DNA of 44,600 bases from an uncultured Pseudomonadota bacterium (GCA_963770835.1 CAVYRH010000014.1:1-44600), one strand, 5' to 3'; counted from the first letter of the stretch, positions 1 through 9,273 are shown. The notes: generated by a model not told the origin, from the letters alone. Made by a program: numbers and translations.

Positions 1-160
1 CTCGTCGATTTGCTCTTCTGCAAAATGCATTAAAAACCTCATAGAGACAAACCGTGGGAACGATCAGCCGTTTCTGGTCCTCTATGGCTGGGGCAAAGAA
101 TCCCGCGTTAGGCCCCCCGGCGAAATATTCCAGCCATGCGGAGGAATCCACCACGTTCAT
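1..160 (-). CDS. vapC: PIN-domain VapC-type toxin, partial at window edge
   Basis: Manual translation from ATG at 160: MNVVDSSAWLEYFAGGPNAGFFAPAIEDQKRLIVPTVCLYEV, a typical PIN N-terminus (VVDSS..LEY, ..YEV). ATGA overlap with the antitoxin stop at 157-160. Not in the ORF track. Confidence 0.85.
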   Translation of the reverse strand, partial: MNVVDSSAWLEYFAGGPNAGFFAPAIEDQKRLIVPTVCLYEVFNAFCRRANRR

Positions 161-366
161 ATGCGGTCTTTCTTATCGCGGGGAACATCCGTGTCCAACC
201 CTTTAAGGGATCCGCGGAGGGAGCGCATTTCCTTGACCGGTATCAATTCCACGCACCCTTCAAACTCGATGACGTCGAATTTTTGCCCGGGTTTGATGTT
301 CAGACCTTTCCGAACATTTTCCGGTATGACCACTTGAAATTTAGGCGAAACGGTTACGGTACTCAT
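157..366 (-). CDS. AbrB/MazE/SpoVT-family antitoxin (VapB)
   Basis: 69 aa, TVTVSPKFQVVIPENVRKGLNIKPGQ swapped-hairpin motif; GGAGG RBS; coupled to the PIN toxin. Confidence 0.9.
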   Translation of the reverse strand: MSTVTVSPKFQVVIPENVRKGLNIKPGQKFDVIEFEGCVELIPVKEMRSLRGSLKGLDTDVPRDKKDRI

Positions 367-501
367 GGCGCCTCCATCGATATGTTTACGGTTTAACGAT
401 AGCGCGAACGATAAAAAAATTCAAGAAGAAGGTAACTTCCAACCTAATCTCCATCAGGACAAAAATGACACACTTGGTTTGATTTAAAGGGGGTGAGATT
501 G

Positions 502-689
502 GGCGCCAATAACAACCAAGCCACGGTGATGACCTATTACTGAGACCGAATTCAAAGGATAATTAAGACCCAAGAATTGCCGACCACGGGGACCCGCTCA
601 AGGCCGTGAGTGATGGTGTGAAGCATTATCAAAGCGCGACCAACACGGCCGATAACGCCAAATCGGCCACCGGTAAGGCAAAGGGCCTG
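502..689 (+). repeat. Direct repeat copy A (188 bp), matching 5773-5960
   Basis: Ungapped manual alignment, 21 mismatches in 188. Includes the last 13 codons and stop of the 2089-5814 gene. Confidence 0.95.
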
Positions 690-739
690 TTTGGGTTTCA
701 ATGAAAAGGGCCGGCTTAAAGAAATGGCTTAGTGATTTC

Positions 740-832
740 CCGCGGCGGGGGCCGGTTCCACGATTGAACCGGCACACCCAAACCGCGAACCTCGGCTCGA
801 GGCCTCGGTTCAGGGGAACCGCCGTGGACAGG
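740..832. other. GC-rich multi-stem structured element ending in ACAGG
   Basis: Stems: CCGCGGCGG(740-748)/CCGCCGTGG(819-827), GCCGGTTC(751-758)/GAACCGGC(766-773), and AACCG/CGGTT enclosing CCTCG/CGAGG. Confidence 0.55.
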
Positions 833-875
833 GAAAACAGAAAAAAGAGGGGCTAACCCGGCGAAGGCAGAAAAG

Positions 876-1862
876 TTAGTTCTTGCCGGCCGTTTTCTTT
901 TTCGGCCTGCTACCCGGGTCGTAGGGCCGCAGTTCCTCCTGGTGGGCCCGGAGGTAGTCCAGCAGGAACCTCCTGCGGGTTTTCTGGTGTTCATCATCGG
1001 TCTTGTTTCCCACGGGCCCCAAAATGGAGGGGTCCGCCTTCTCCACCTTCGCGTAAATCCCCTGCCAGCGTTTCTTGATGGCCCAAACCGTCAACCCCAG
1101 CTCCGAGGCAATGTCCCGGTCGATGCCGCCTAAAATAACCCGTTCCAGGACATCCTGTTCACCCTTGGAAAAACCCAAATGGGGCCGGGAATAAATAAAA
1201 ATCGTGGTACTGAAGCCGGGTTTATTGATTACGTCTTCCCGTACGAGGCTTGCCAGGAAAGGGCGCTTTTCCCGGACCAGGGGCGTGGCACCGGGCTCCG
1301 CGGCGTAATCCCTCGCGATACCGCAGTCGACTTTCACCATGATTTCCTTTTCAGCGGGGCCGTAAACCTCGTGCAGGTAAAGCTTCAGTTGGAAACCGTT
1401 ATATAAAGCCCTGCAACCCTCGAAGATATTCAAGCGTACCGGCATTTCCTGCTCAAAGTTTTCTCCCGGCTCGATCCCGTAATGGAGGATCAATACGTTC
1501 AAACCCTCGCGGGCGTTGTACTGGGCGATGGCCCTGCGGGAGAGCATGGGGCATTGGGAGCCGCCCTTTTTCCAAGACTTCAGGACCCGCTGGGTCAGGA
1601 AGGCGGGAAGGGTGGTTTGGGCCTTCCCGGCGAAATCATCGGACACGTAGGCAAACATGCAGAACCCGACGATGCGCCTGTCCTTGGGCCTGTCCCCGTC
1701 CTCCACGACGGTGGAGAGGGCCGTGCGGTCGGCCAGGATATTCCTCCAAAAGCCCAAAAGTTCGGCACGGGAGGCCGGGGTATTAAAAAGGAAACGGTTC
1801 GGAAGCAAATCGAAGCATCGGGGGAAGTCGGCGGGCTGGATGGGACGGAAGGTAAGGGCCAT
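876..1862 (-). CDS. Transcriptional regulator with C-terminal LuxR/sigma4-like HTH and N-terminal GNAT-like domain
   Basis: C-terminus FSKGEQDVLERVILGGIDRDIASELGLTVWAIKKRWQGIYAKV is LuxR-type HTH. N-terminus FRPIQPADFPRCFDLL...VVED...IVGF resembles a GNAT fold start. Confidence 0.75.
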   Translation of the reverse strand: MALTFRPIQPADFPRCFDLLPNRFLFNTPASRAELLGFWRNILADRTALSTVVEDGDRPKDRRIVGFCMFAYVSDDFAGKAQTTLPAFLTQRVLKSWKKGGSQCPMLSRRAIAQYNAREGLNVLILHYGIEPGENFEQEMPVRLNIFEGCRALYNGFQLKLYLHEVYGPAEKEIMVKVDCGIARDYAAEPGATPLVREKRPFLASLVREDVINKPGFSTTIFIYSRPHLGFSKGEQDVLERVILGGIDRDIASELGLTVWAIKKRWQGIYAKVEKADPSILGPVGNKTDDEHQKTRRRFLLDYLRAHQEELRPYDPGSRPKKKTAGKN

Positions 1863-2002
1863 GGGACTCGCTTGGGGCCTATTGGCCTTGATTTGACTGG
1901 GGAATTATAGCAGGCAAGGGTGGAAAACAAAAAAACTCCGGCGAGGGTCCGACGCCTGAGCGTCCACGGTGAAAGGAAAAGCCTCATTTAAATCCACCGG
2001 TT

Positions 2003-2017
2003 TACACCTGGGGTGTA
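2003..2017. promoter_or_regulatory. Candidate operator palindrome TACACC-N3-GGTGTA
   Basis: Perfect 6-bp inverted repeat in the divergent gap between the regulator and the surface protein gene. Confidence 0.45.
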
Positions 2018-2088
2018 TGGCCTAACCATGGGTTTATTGGCAAAATCCGCCCTAAATCCATTCAACCCAGCCTCCGGAAGGTTTCAAG

Positions 2089-5000
2089 ATGAAACTGAGT
2101 TCAAAGCCATCCCATTTGCCGGCCATGACCTTCTGGGGAGCCTTGGTGCTGCTTCCCCTCCTCTTATTCTCCGCCCTTCTCACCGGCTGTCCCGGTAAGA
2201 ACAGTCCGACCACCCCTTCCAATAACAACGCTCCGGCTCCGACGGATACCCCTCTTCCGGTTACTGGAACGACGACCCCTTCGGTGACAAGCACTCCTAC
2301 TTCAACGGCTTCGGGCAGCCCGACACCGGCCGCAAGTTCAACACCGTCGCAGACGGCGACCCATACGGCGACCGCTTCCTTATCGGCCACTTCCACTTCT
2401 TCCCCTGCTTCCACCGCGACCAATTCTCCGACGGCGACCGTGACATCGACGGCCACCAGCACCGCCACCTCCATCCCAACGGCCACGATCACCAACACGC
2501 CCGCACCCACCGCAGGCCCGGATTCCATCCAGTTCAACGCCAACTACACGGGCCCGGGCCCGGTCGACTCGAACCACCAGGTCGTGGGTTACGTGACCTA
2601 TTCCATCGGCTCCGACACGTTCGATATCCTGCAGGCTTCCAACGCCAACAACCCCAATTTCATCTTCAACCTCGCGGCGGGGAACTGGTATGTCATTGAG
2701 TTTTACGGCGCCGCTGGGCTCTCCTACCAAAGCCAGGTCCACGGCTGTAGCGGCTGCGCCGTGGGATCGGGCCCCCAGGCCCCCGGGTTTAAACCCCACG
2801 TCGGCGACAATTACGCGGTCTATAACCCGCCCTCAGGCTCACCTTGTACCTTCGCGGGCTCAGGGAACATCGCCGTTTCCAGCCCCCTCAACCTCGGCAC
2901 GCTCAATTTTTCCAATGCCTGCACCCTCACGGGCATCGGGGGGTATATCGACTATACGGGAACAGGCGCCGTCAGCCCCGGCAACCAGCTTTATATCGCC
3001 AACTATGCCGGCACCGATACCCAATACACCACGCCGCTCAACATCCGAAACGTTTCGCTCAACGGCTTCCGTTATGACCTGCTGGATTTGGGCCTGAGCG
3101 GGACTTACCTGATCCAGGCCTGGTACGACTCCAACGGCAACGGGGGAAGCGGTCCCACGGCGGGTGAGCCGATCACCCAACTCGGTTCCTTCACGGTCGG
3201 GACGGTCAACGCCTTGAACATCATCCTCAGCAACGCCAATACGGAGCCGGGATCGGTGACACCCACCCCCGCGGCCACCGCGACCTTGACGGTCACCCCC
3301 ACCGCGACCATCACCGGGACCCCCACGATCACCTTCACGCCCAATCCCTCCAACACCGCCACCTCCACCCCGACCATCACGGGGACCTTTATTTGCACGG
3401 TGGTGGAAACCGCCGTCCCGGTGACCATTTCCACCTCGGCCGACAGTTTCGGCACGGCCGCCAATGTCGGGCCGCTCAACGCCTTGTCCGACCTGGTGGT
3501 GGCGGGCCAGACCACCGCCAGCGGCAGCGGCGGCGAATATTTCCAGTTCACCGCGAACTTCACCGGTCCGGTTTCCTTTTACGTGGATTGTTTTGATGAC
3601 GGAAGCGGAACCCACCTTGACGCAATGGTCGTCTATAACTCAAGCCAGGCTTATCTCACGCAAACCAGCGGGGTTTCCGCGGTGCAGGGGTCCCTCTTTT
3701 ACGTGACCTCCGGACAATCCTACTATGCCCTTGTTTTGGCGGAAATTGGATCGGAACCCGGTGGTACCTACAAAGCGCATCTCATCGGGCAACCGGTGCC
3801 CACTTCCACCTACACACCCACGATTACCTCCACGCCCAACCTTTCAAACACACCCACCTCGACCGGAACCTACGTTTGCACGGTGGTGGAGACCTCGACG
3901 CCGGTGGCCATCCCCCCCACGGCCAGCGGTTTCAGCACTGCCGTTTCTCTCGGGGCGCTCAACCTTTCCAGTGACATCGTGGTGTCGGGCCAGATCAACG
4001 AGAATAGCAACTTCATGGAGTATTTCTCTTTCATCCCCAGTTACAGCGGAACGGTGTCCTGTTACGTGGATTGTTACGAAAGCGAGAGTGGAATAAATCA
4101 ATTCACGGCCTATTTTTATAACTCGGGTCAGGTGTATCTCTCGGAGGCATCCGGAGGCTATGGTTCCCCCGTGGAAACGGGCAGCATCAATGTAACTGCC
4201 GGCCAAACCTATTATGGGGAGGCTTTCGCCACGACGGGGGCCGGCAGTTACAAGGTGCATTTAATCGCGAACACGCCGCCGACTCCCACTTTCACCCCCA
4301 CGATCACCGCGACCCCGACATGGACCTCCAGCCCGACCTTCACCCCGACCTACGTCTGCACGGTGGTGGAGGCCTCAGCGCCGGTTACGATAACCCTTTT
4401 AAACAGCAGTGTCGCCCGCGCCTATGATGCCGGGACGCTCAGCGATGGAAACGACCTGGTGGTTTGGGGCCAGAACATCCCCGGCCAGGACGAGTATTTT
4501 AAATTCACCGCGAATTCAAGCGTGACCCTTACCACCTACCTGGATTGTTTTGACAGCGGAAACGGAAGCCACCTGTACCAGGCGGCCTATTACAACGCGA
4601 GCCCGACCCCGACTTTCATCTCTGAGGATCCGGGCGGCACCGGGCCCGTGGAGGGGCCCGGCTATCTCCCCGTGACCGCCGGCCAAACCTATTATGGGGT
4701 CATCCAGGACAGCGCGGGGGCGGGCGCATTCAAGGCGCACGTCATCGCGCCAGCGCCTTCATGGCATCCCGTGGGAAGCTACGGTTTCTCCTCGGGTGCG
4801 GCCACGGATACTTCGCTGGCCGTCTACAACGGCGTTCCTTACGTGGCCTTTATGGATGGATCAAACAACAACGACGCGACGGTGATGAAATACACGGGGG
4901 TCGGAACGACCGGCTGGCAGACCCTGGGGAACGCCGATTTTTCCAGCGCGGCGGTGACTTCGGTTTCCCTGGCTTTTGACGGCAGCGGCAACGCCTACGT

Positions 5001-5814
5001 GGCCTTTCAAAATGTCAGCGACACCAACGCCTATGTGTGGGAATGTTCCGGTTGCGGGGCCAACACGGGGACCTGGACACAATCGGTGTCGACTTCCCAG
5101 TCAGCCTATGCACCTTCCCTTGCCATCGGGGGAGGTAACCTCTATTTGGCTTTCAATGCATTTGACAATAATAAAAATGTCTGGGTGATCGAGAACACCG
5201 GAAGTGGTTGGGCGAATTTGGGGACCGGGACCGATTTAAACACCCAAGATGATCCCGCCAGTGGCGCTCAAATCGGGACGGCCATGGCCGTTAACAGCAG
5301 CGGCTATCCTTTCGTGGGCTTTTTACAAGGTGACGGCTATCCAATTGTGTCGGGTTGGAATGGGTCCGGTTGGGGGTATGTTACGGGCACCGAACCCCCA
5401 CTTACCACACCTTATGGCATCGCATCAATGGCCATTGCCGGCACCAACACCTACCTAGCTTATCAATACGGCTCTTCCGACCTGGCAGTGGCGGCATGCC
5501 TTGGCTGTGGCGTTAACACGGGCAGTTGGTCCGCCACGTTGGGGAACCTGGGGAATGGGCTTAATATTTATGCTTATGCTCCCTCGCTGTCCACGGACAA
5601 CAACGGTAATCCGTATGTGGCTTTTGAGGGCCTCAATGACGATAAAGCCAATGTGTTGGGATACTCAGGGGGGGTGTGGACGTACATGGGAAGCTCGGAC
5701 TTCTCCTCCGGGCCGGCTGGTTTCCCCTCGATGGCCTTCTCAGGGCCGACCCCCTACATTGTTTTTGAGGATGGCGCCAATAACAACCAAGCCACGGTGA
5801 TGACCTATTACTGA
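2089..5814 (+). CDS. Large surface lipoprotein: Thr/Pro linkers, three PPC-like beta-sandwich repeats, C-terminal beta-propeller-like region
   Basis: Lipobox LLTG-C after a hydrophobic stretch; TPT/TAT linkers; three ~160-aa units starting CTVVE (3394, 3877, 4357); C-terminal SLA...PYVAF...W repeats. Start could be ATG 2125. Confidence 0.85.
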   Translation: MKLSSKPSHLPAMTFWGALVLLPLLLFSALLTGCPGKNSPTTPSNNNAPAPTDTPLPVTGTTTPSVTSTPTSTASGSPTPAASSTPSQTATHTATASLSATSTSSPASTATNSPTATVTSTATSTATSIPTATITNTPAPTAGPDSIQFNANYTGPGPVDSNHQVVGYVTYSIGSDTFDILQASNANNPNFIFNLAAGNWYVIEFYGAAGLSYQSQVHGCSGCAVGSGPQAPGFKPHVGDNYAVYNPPSGSPCTFAGSGNIAVSSPLNLGTLNFSNACTLTGIGGYIDYTGTGAVSPGNQLYIANYAGTDTQYTTPLNIRNVSLNGFRYDLLDLGLSGTYLIQAWYDSNGNGGSGPTAGEPITQLGSFTVGTVNALNIILSNANTEPGSVTPTPAATATLTVTPTATITGTPTITFTPNPSNTATSTPTITGTFICTVVETAVPVTISTSADSFGTAANVGPLNALSDLVVAGQTTASGSGGEYFQFTANFTGPVSFYVDCFDDGSGTHLDAMVVYNSSQAYLTQTSGVSAVQGSLFYVTSGQSYYALVLAEIGSEPGGTYKAHLIGQPVPTSTYTPTITSTPNLSNTPTSTGTYVCTVVETSTPVAIPPTASGFSTAVSLGALNLSSDIVVSGQINENSNFMEYFSFIPSYSGTVSCYVDCYESESGINQFTAYFYNSGQVYLSEASGGYGSPVETGSINVTAGQTYYGEAFATTGAGSYKVHLIANTPPTPTFTPTITATPTWTSSPTFTPTYVCTVVEASAPVTITLLNSSVARAYDAGTLSDGNDLVVWGQNIPGQDEYFKFTANSSVTLTTYLDCFDSGNGSHLYQAAYYNASPTPTFISEDPGGTGPVEGPGYLPVTAGQTYYGVIQDSAGAGAFKAHVIAPAPSWHPVGSYGFSSGAATDTSLAVYNGVPYVAFMDGSNNNDATVMKYTGVGTTGWQTLGNADFSSAAVTSVSLAFDGSGNAYVAFQNVSDTNAYVWECSGCGANTGTWTQSVSTSQSAYAPSLAIGGGNLYLAFNAFDNNKNVWVIENTGSGWANLGTGTDLNTQDDPASGAQIGTAMAVNSSGYPFVGFLQGDGYPIVSGWNGSGWGYVTGTEPPLTTPYGIASMAIAGTNTYLAYQYGSSDLAVAACLGCGVNTGSWSATLGNLGNGLNIYAYAPSLSTDNNGNPYVAFEGLNDDKANVLGYSGGVWTYMGSSDFSSGPAGFPSMAFSGPTPYIVFEDGANNNQATVMTYY

Positions 5815-5960
5815 GGCCGAATTCAAAGGATAATTAAGACCCAAGAATTGCCCACCACGGGGATCCGTTAAAGGCTGTTGCGGATGGAGTGAAGGATTAT
5901 CAAAACGCGGTCAACACAGCCAATGAGGCCAAATCCGCCACCGATAAGGCAAAGGGCCTG
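5773..5960 (+). repeat. Direct repeat copy B (188 bp), matching 502-689
   Basis: Same alignment as copy A; spans the stop codon of the surface lipoprotein. Confidence 0.95.
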
Positions 5961-5989
5961 AGATTGGGTTTTAGATGTAAAATGTCCCC

Positions 5990-6159
5990 ATGAAACTCAA
6001 GGTAGTCCTTCTTTCGGCGTTCCTGTGGCAAATTTAGGTGAAGGGAACAAGGAGCAAGCCATCCAGGATTTCAAAATGGCGGTGGAACATACCAAAGATG
6101 ACGCCGACCTTCATGCCGTGGCCAAAATGAGCCTGACCCAAGAACTAAGCAGGAAATAG
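5990..6159 (+). pseudogene. Relic of a secreted TPR-like protein
   Basis: ATG 5990 gives signal-like MKLKVVLLSAFLWQI*. Another frame reads NLGEGNKEQAIQDFKMAVEHTKDDADLHAVAKMSLTQELSRK*, resembling a terminal TPR helix pair. Confidence 0.45.
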
Positions 6160-6205
6160 CCGAACATAAGGGCCAGGCCTGCCACTTTAACAGCGAGCGT
6201 TGTTC

Positions 6206-6270
6206 TTGAAGAGAGGCTCATTCGCCTTTAGAATGGGTGCTGTTAAAAGACCTGTTAAGTGGTCTTTCAA
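6206..6270 (+). promoter_or_regulatory. Sigma70 promoter plus operator palindrome of the Phd-RelE operon
   Basis: TTGAAG(6206)-17 bp-TAGAAT(6229); inverted repeat AAAGACC(6246-6252)/GGTCTTT(6261-6267); RBS AGGAGG at 6281. Confidence 0.7.
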
Positions 6271-6292
6271 TAGCACCTTCAGGAGGCCCGAG

Positions 6293-6562
6293 ATGGACGT
6301 GAAATTTTCCCAGGATGTGGTTCCGGTCACGACCATGAAGATCAACCCCGCCAAAGTCATCCACCAGGTGACGGAAGCCCATCGCCCGGTGCTTCTCACC
6401 AGCAGGGGCAAAGGGGTGGCGGTGATGCAGTCCGTCCAGGATTACGAGAAACAAACCGAAGAAATCGCCTTCATGAGAGCCGTGGTGGAGGGCCTGCAGG
6501 ACGTGGAAAAAGGGCGAACCTTGAGCGTCGCGGAGACAAGGGCGAAATACGGATTGAAATAA
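6293..6562 (+). CDS. Phd/YefM-family antitoxin
   Basis: Start reassigned to ATG 6293 after AGGAGG; HRPVLLTSRGKGVAVMQSVQDYE is the Phd motif. Confidence 0.9.
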   Translation: MDVKFSQDVVPVTTMKINPAKVIHQVTEAHRPVLLTSRGKGVAVMQSVQDYEKQTEEIAFMRAVVEGLQDVEKGRTLSVAETRAKYGLK

Positions 6563-6569
6563 CCCAGCA

Positions 6570-6857
6570 ATGAAAATTGAAATCACCCAATCCGCCTTCA
6601 ATGACTTGGGAAATATCCTCGATTATTACAAGGAGCAGGGCGTCCCGGAAAAAGGGCGCCAACTTGCCGCCGAAATCCTCAAAAAAGTCGAAAGGCTGGC
6701 CGACTTTCCCGATTCGGGCAGAATCGTGCCGGAGTTTGAAATGAGCTTTTTACGTGAGATTCTTTTTCCCCCTTTTCGCATCGTTTATCGCCGTGATCCC
6801 AAAAAGGTTTGGGTTGTTCGCATTTGGCGCAGTGAACAGTTGTTGAGCATGGAATAG
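6570..6857 (+). CDS. RelE/ParE-family toxin
   Basis: MKIEITQSAFNDL...LADFPDSGRIVPE...REILFPPFRIVYR; directly downstream of the antitoxin. Confidence 0.9.
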   Translation: MKIEITQSAFNDLGNILDYYKEQGVPEKGRQLAAEILKKVERLADFPDSGRIVPEFEMSFLREILFPPFRIVYRRDPKKVWVVRIWRSEQLLSME

Positions 6858-6872
6858 GGGGATCAAACCCGA

Positions 6873-6998
6873 ATGAAAAAACCAAAGCGGGAGACGCTTC
6901 ATCTCCTGGCCGTCCCAGGCATGAAGAAATCCCTCCTGAAAGCCAAAAAAGCCCCGCTGAAGTCCTATACCAAGAAGCGGCCCAAGTGAGTTGGCGGA
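6873..6998 (+). pseudogene. C-terminal half of a YefM-type antitoxin (38-aa ORF, 6873-6989) plus the first codons of a YoeB/Txe-type toxin
   Basis: MKKPKRETLHLLAVPGMKKSLLKAKKAPLKSYTKKRPK* resembles the ETLYLLSIPGMRESI motif of YefM C-termini; GTGA overlap starts MSWR. Confidence 0.6.
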
Positions 6999-7128
6999 AC
7001 GCATCGAACCACTGACCCTTTTGTTTTGGCAAAGAGAACTTCGGTTTGAACTTGGTTGAAACCTTCCCCCATTGCCTTTGCCTTTTCCCCTCCTTAAATT
7101 AAGGCCTCTTCATCAAAAGGAAATTTCT

Positions 7129-8178
7129 ATGCCCGATTTCTCAGTATTTGACCTGGTTCCCATCACCCAAGGTTCCACCCCCGAAATTGCCCTTCACCAC
7201 GCCCTCGAACTGGCCCAAAAGGCCGAAGCCTGGGGTTACCAACGCTATTGGGTGGCGGAACACCACAACATGCCCGGCATCGCCAGCGCCGCCACCTCGG
7301 TCATCGTCGGCTACATCGCCGGGGGGACCAAAACCATCCGGGTGGGCTCGGGCGGGGTCATGCTGCCCAACCACTCGCCCTTGGTCATCGCCGAACAGTT
7401 CGGCACGCTGGAAACCCTCTATCCCGGCCGCATCGACCTGGGGCTGGGACGGGCGCCCGGCACCGACCATTCAACCCTCCGGGTCCTGCGGCGAGACCCG
7501 ATGAGTTCGGACCGTTTCCCGCAGGACGTGCTGGAGCTCCAACAGCTCCTGGGCCCGGCCAACCCCGGCTATCCGGTCAAGGCCGTGCCGGGTACGGGCA
7601 CCAACGTGCCCCTCTGGATACTGGGCTCCAGCCTGTTCGGGGCCCAACTGGCCGCCCAATTGGGGCTTCCTTTTTCCTTCGCCGCCCACTTCGCCCCCAA
7701 GCTTTTATTGGAAGCCCTCGCCGTCTACCGCGCCCATTTCCAACCCTCGGACAGGCTGAAAAAGCCCCATGCCATGGCCTGCGTCAACGTGATCGCCGCC
7801 GGGACCGGCGGGGAAGCCCAAAAGCTTTTCAACTCGACCCAGCAAAGCATCACCAATATCCTCCGGGGAAAAAGGGGCCAGCTTCCCGGCCCCATCGACG
7901 ATATCGAAGGCTATTGGACGCCGCAGGAAAAGGTCCAATCCCAGGACTGGCTCGCCCGTTCCTTTGTGGGTTCGGCAAAGACCGTGAAAGCGGGGCTGGA
8001 GGAATTCATCGGGGAAACGAAAGTGGAGGAAGTGATGGTGAATTCGGCCATCTATGACCACCCGGCGCGGTTGAGGTCTTACGAGATATTGAGCGGGGTC
8101 ATGCGGGGATTTGAGGCTTCACGCCCCACGCTTTCGGAAGGAACAAAGGGTCCAACCCATTCCACTTTGGGTGGATAA
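7129..8178 (+). CDS. LLM-class flavin-dependent oxidoreductase (luciferase-like, YhbW type)
   Basis: [51 protein letters not shown] motifs; ATG 7129 after AAGGA. Confidence 0.95.
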   Translation: MPDFSVFDLVPITQGSTPEIALHHALELAQKAEAWGYQRYWVAEHHNMPGIASAATSVIVGYIAGGTKTIRVGSGGVMLPNHSPLVIAEQFGTLETLYPGRIDLGLGRAPGTDHSTLRVLRRDPMSSDRFPQDVLELQQLLGPANPGYPVKAVPGTGTNVPLWILGSSLFGAQLAAQLGLPFSFAAHFAPKLLLEALAVYRAHFQPSDRLKKPHAMACVNVIAAGTGGEAQKLFNSTQQSITNILRGKRGQLPGPIDDIEGYWTPQEKVQSQDWLARSFVGSAKTVKAGLEEFIGETKVEEVMVNSAIYDHPARLRSYEILSGVMRGFEASRPTLSEGTKGPTHSTLGG

Positions 8179-8205
8179 AAGGCCCGGTTGATTCTTTTAC
8201 AAAAG

Positions 8206-8730
8206 TTATTGTCCTGACACCTTCTCCTTAGACCCTTCCAACATCTTTTCATGCTTGAAGCCCCACTTGCCCATCGAGACATAGACTTCCTTTAAATCGG
8301 CCCCCTCGTCCGTCAGGCGGTATTCCACCTTGGGCGGAACCTCGGGATAAACCTTGCGGTTCACGATTCCGTCCTTTTCCATTTCCCGCAGGGTCAAGGT
8401 GAGCATGCGCTGGGTGACGCCGGGGATCTTGCGCTTCAACTCCCCGAACCGCACCGTTCCGTTCATTCCCAGGTGGAACAACACCAGCATCTTCCACTTG
8501 CCCCCGATGATATCCAGCACCTTCTCCATCATGAGGTCGCCCTTTCCACGGTCGGCGTGTTGCAGGCAGTCCTTGAACTGGGGCAGGGGGCCGGGTCCGG
8601 TTTGGGGCTCGATGAATCTCGCCCCTCGCCCCGGCACACCCAAGGCGTGCCCCTTGGCTTGAGGGCCGGGTGGCAGGGGACCCTTCCCGGATGATTTTGC
8701 GGCCTTAATGCTGACGATTTTCGGTTTCAT
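8206..8730 (-). CDS. HxlR-family winged-HTH regulator
   Basis: LDIIGGKWK...RFGELKRKIPGVTQRMLT...YPEVPPKVEYRLT; N-terminal extension. Confidence 0.92.
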   Translation of the reverse strand: MKPKIVSIKAAKSSGKGPLPPGPQAKGHALGVPGRGARFIEPQTGPGPLPQFKDCLQHADRGKGDLMMEKVLDIIGGKWKMLVLFHLGMNGTVRFGELKRKIPGVTQRMLTLTLREMEKDGIVNRKVYPEVPPKVEYRLTDEGADLKEVYVSMGKWGFKHEKMLEGSKEKVSGQ

Positions 8731-8831
8731 TTTTGTTCCTACCTATCAAATTTGTGTCTACTTTTCTTTAGAACCCCTACGCACTAATTTCAGCCTGTAG
8801 GGATTTTAAATCAAGCGTTAGGGAGGAAGAA

Positions 8832-9185
8832 ATGAATATCGCTCTTTGGGTTCTACAAGCCCTGCTGGCGGGGCTTTTCTTGATGATCGGAAGCATGAAG
8901 GTTTTTAATTATGAAAAGTTCAAGGCGAGCGCGGGGGAACATGCCGTTTCCAGGAATTTGGCGGCCTTTATCGGCACCAGCGAGATCGCCGGGGCTTTGG
9001 GCCTGGTCTTGCCCTGGGGCACCGGGGTGCTTACCGTTTTAACACCGGTCGCGGCCTTCGCCCTGGTCGTCGTCATGACCCTGGCCGTGGGTTACCACGT
9101 CCGCTTAAAAGATCCCCTGACCAAAGCCGCCCCGGCCCTCGTGTTTTTGGTTCTGAGCCTGCTGGTGGGTTTAGGAAGGGTTTGA
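8832..9185 (+). CDS. DoxX-family membrane protein
   Basis: MNIALWVLQALLA...GSMKV...FIGTSEIAGALGLVLP; GGAGG RBS. Confidence 0.9.
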   Translation: MNIALWVLQALLAGLFLMIGSMKVFNYEKFKASAGEHAVSRNLAAFIGTSEIAGALGLVLPWGTGVLTVLTPVAAFALVVVMTLAVGYHVRLKDPLTKAAPALVFLVLSLLVGLGRV

Positions 9186-9196
9186 AATAAGAATTG

Positions 9197-9273
9197 AACC
9201 ACAGAGTACACGGAGTACTCAGAGTAAAGCCAAACCACTGAATAATATTGGTTAAACCCGACTTATCCGTGGT
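9197..9273. repeat. Three tandem 9-mers (CACAGAGTA/CACGGAGTA/CTCAGAGTA) with a downstream complementary arm TCCGTGGT
   Basis: Read directly at 9200-9226 and 9266-9273. Confidence 0.6.

Noticed and set aside
740..832. c-di-GMP-I riboswitch, 6S RNA or SRP RNA
   Set aside because: The conserved motifs of these families are absent and the position does not fit a riboswitch; kept only as an unknown structured element.
502..5960. Diversity-generating retroelement TR/VR pair
   Set aside because: The mismatches are not adenine-specific, fall mostly after the stop codon, and no reverse transcriptase is present.
1..7100. Integron cassette array suggested by clustered TA pairs
   Set aside because: I could not identify attC sites with RYYYAAC/GTTRRRY ends or an integrase, and gene orientations are mixed.
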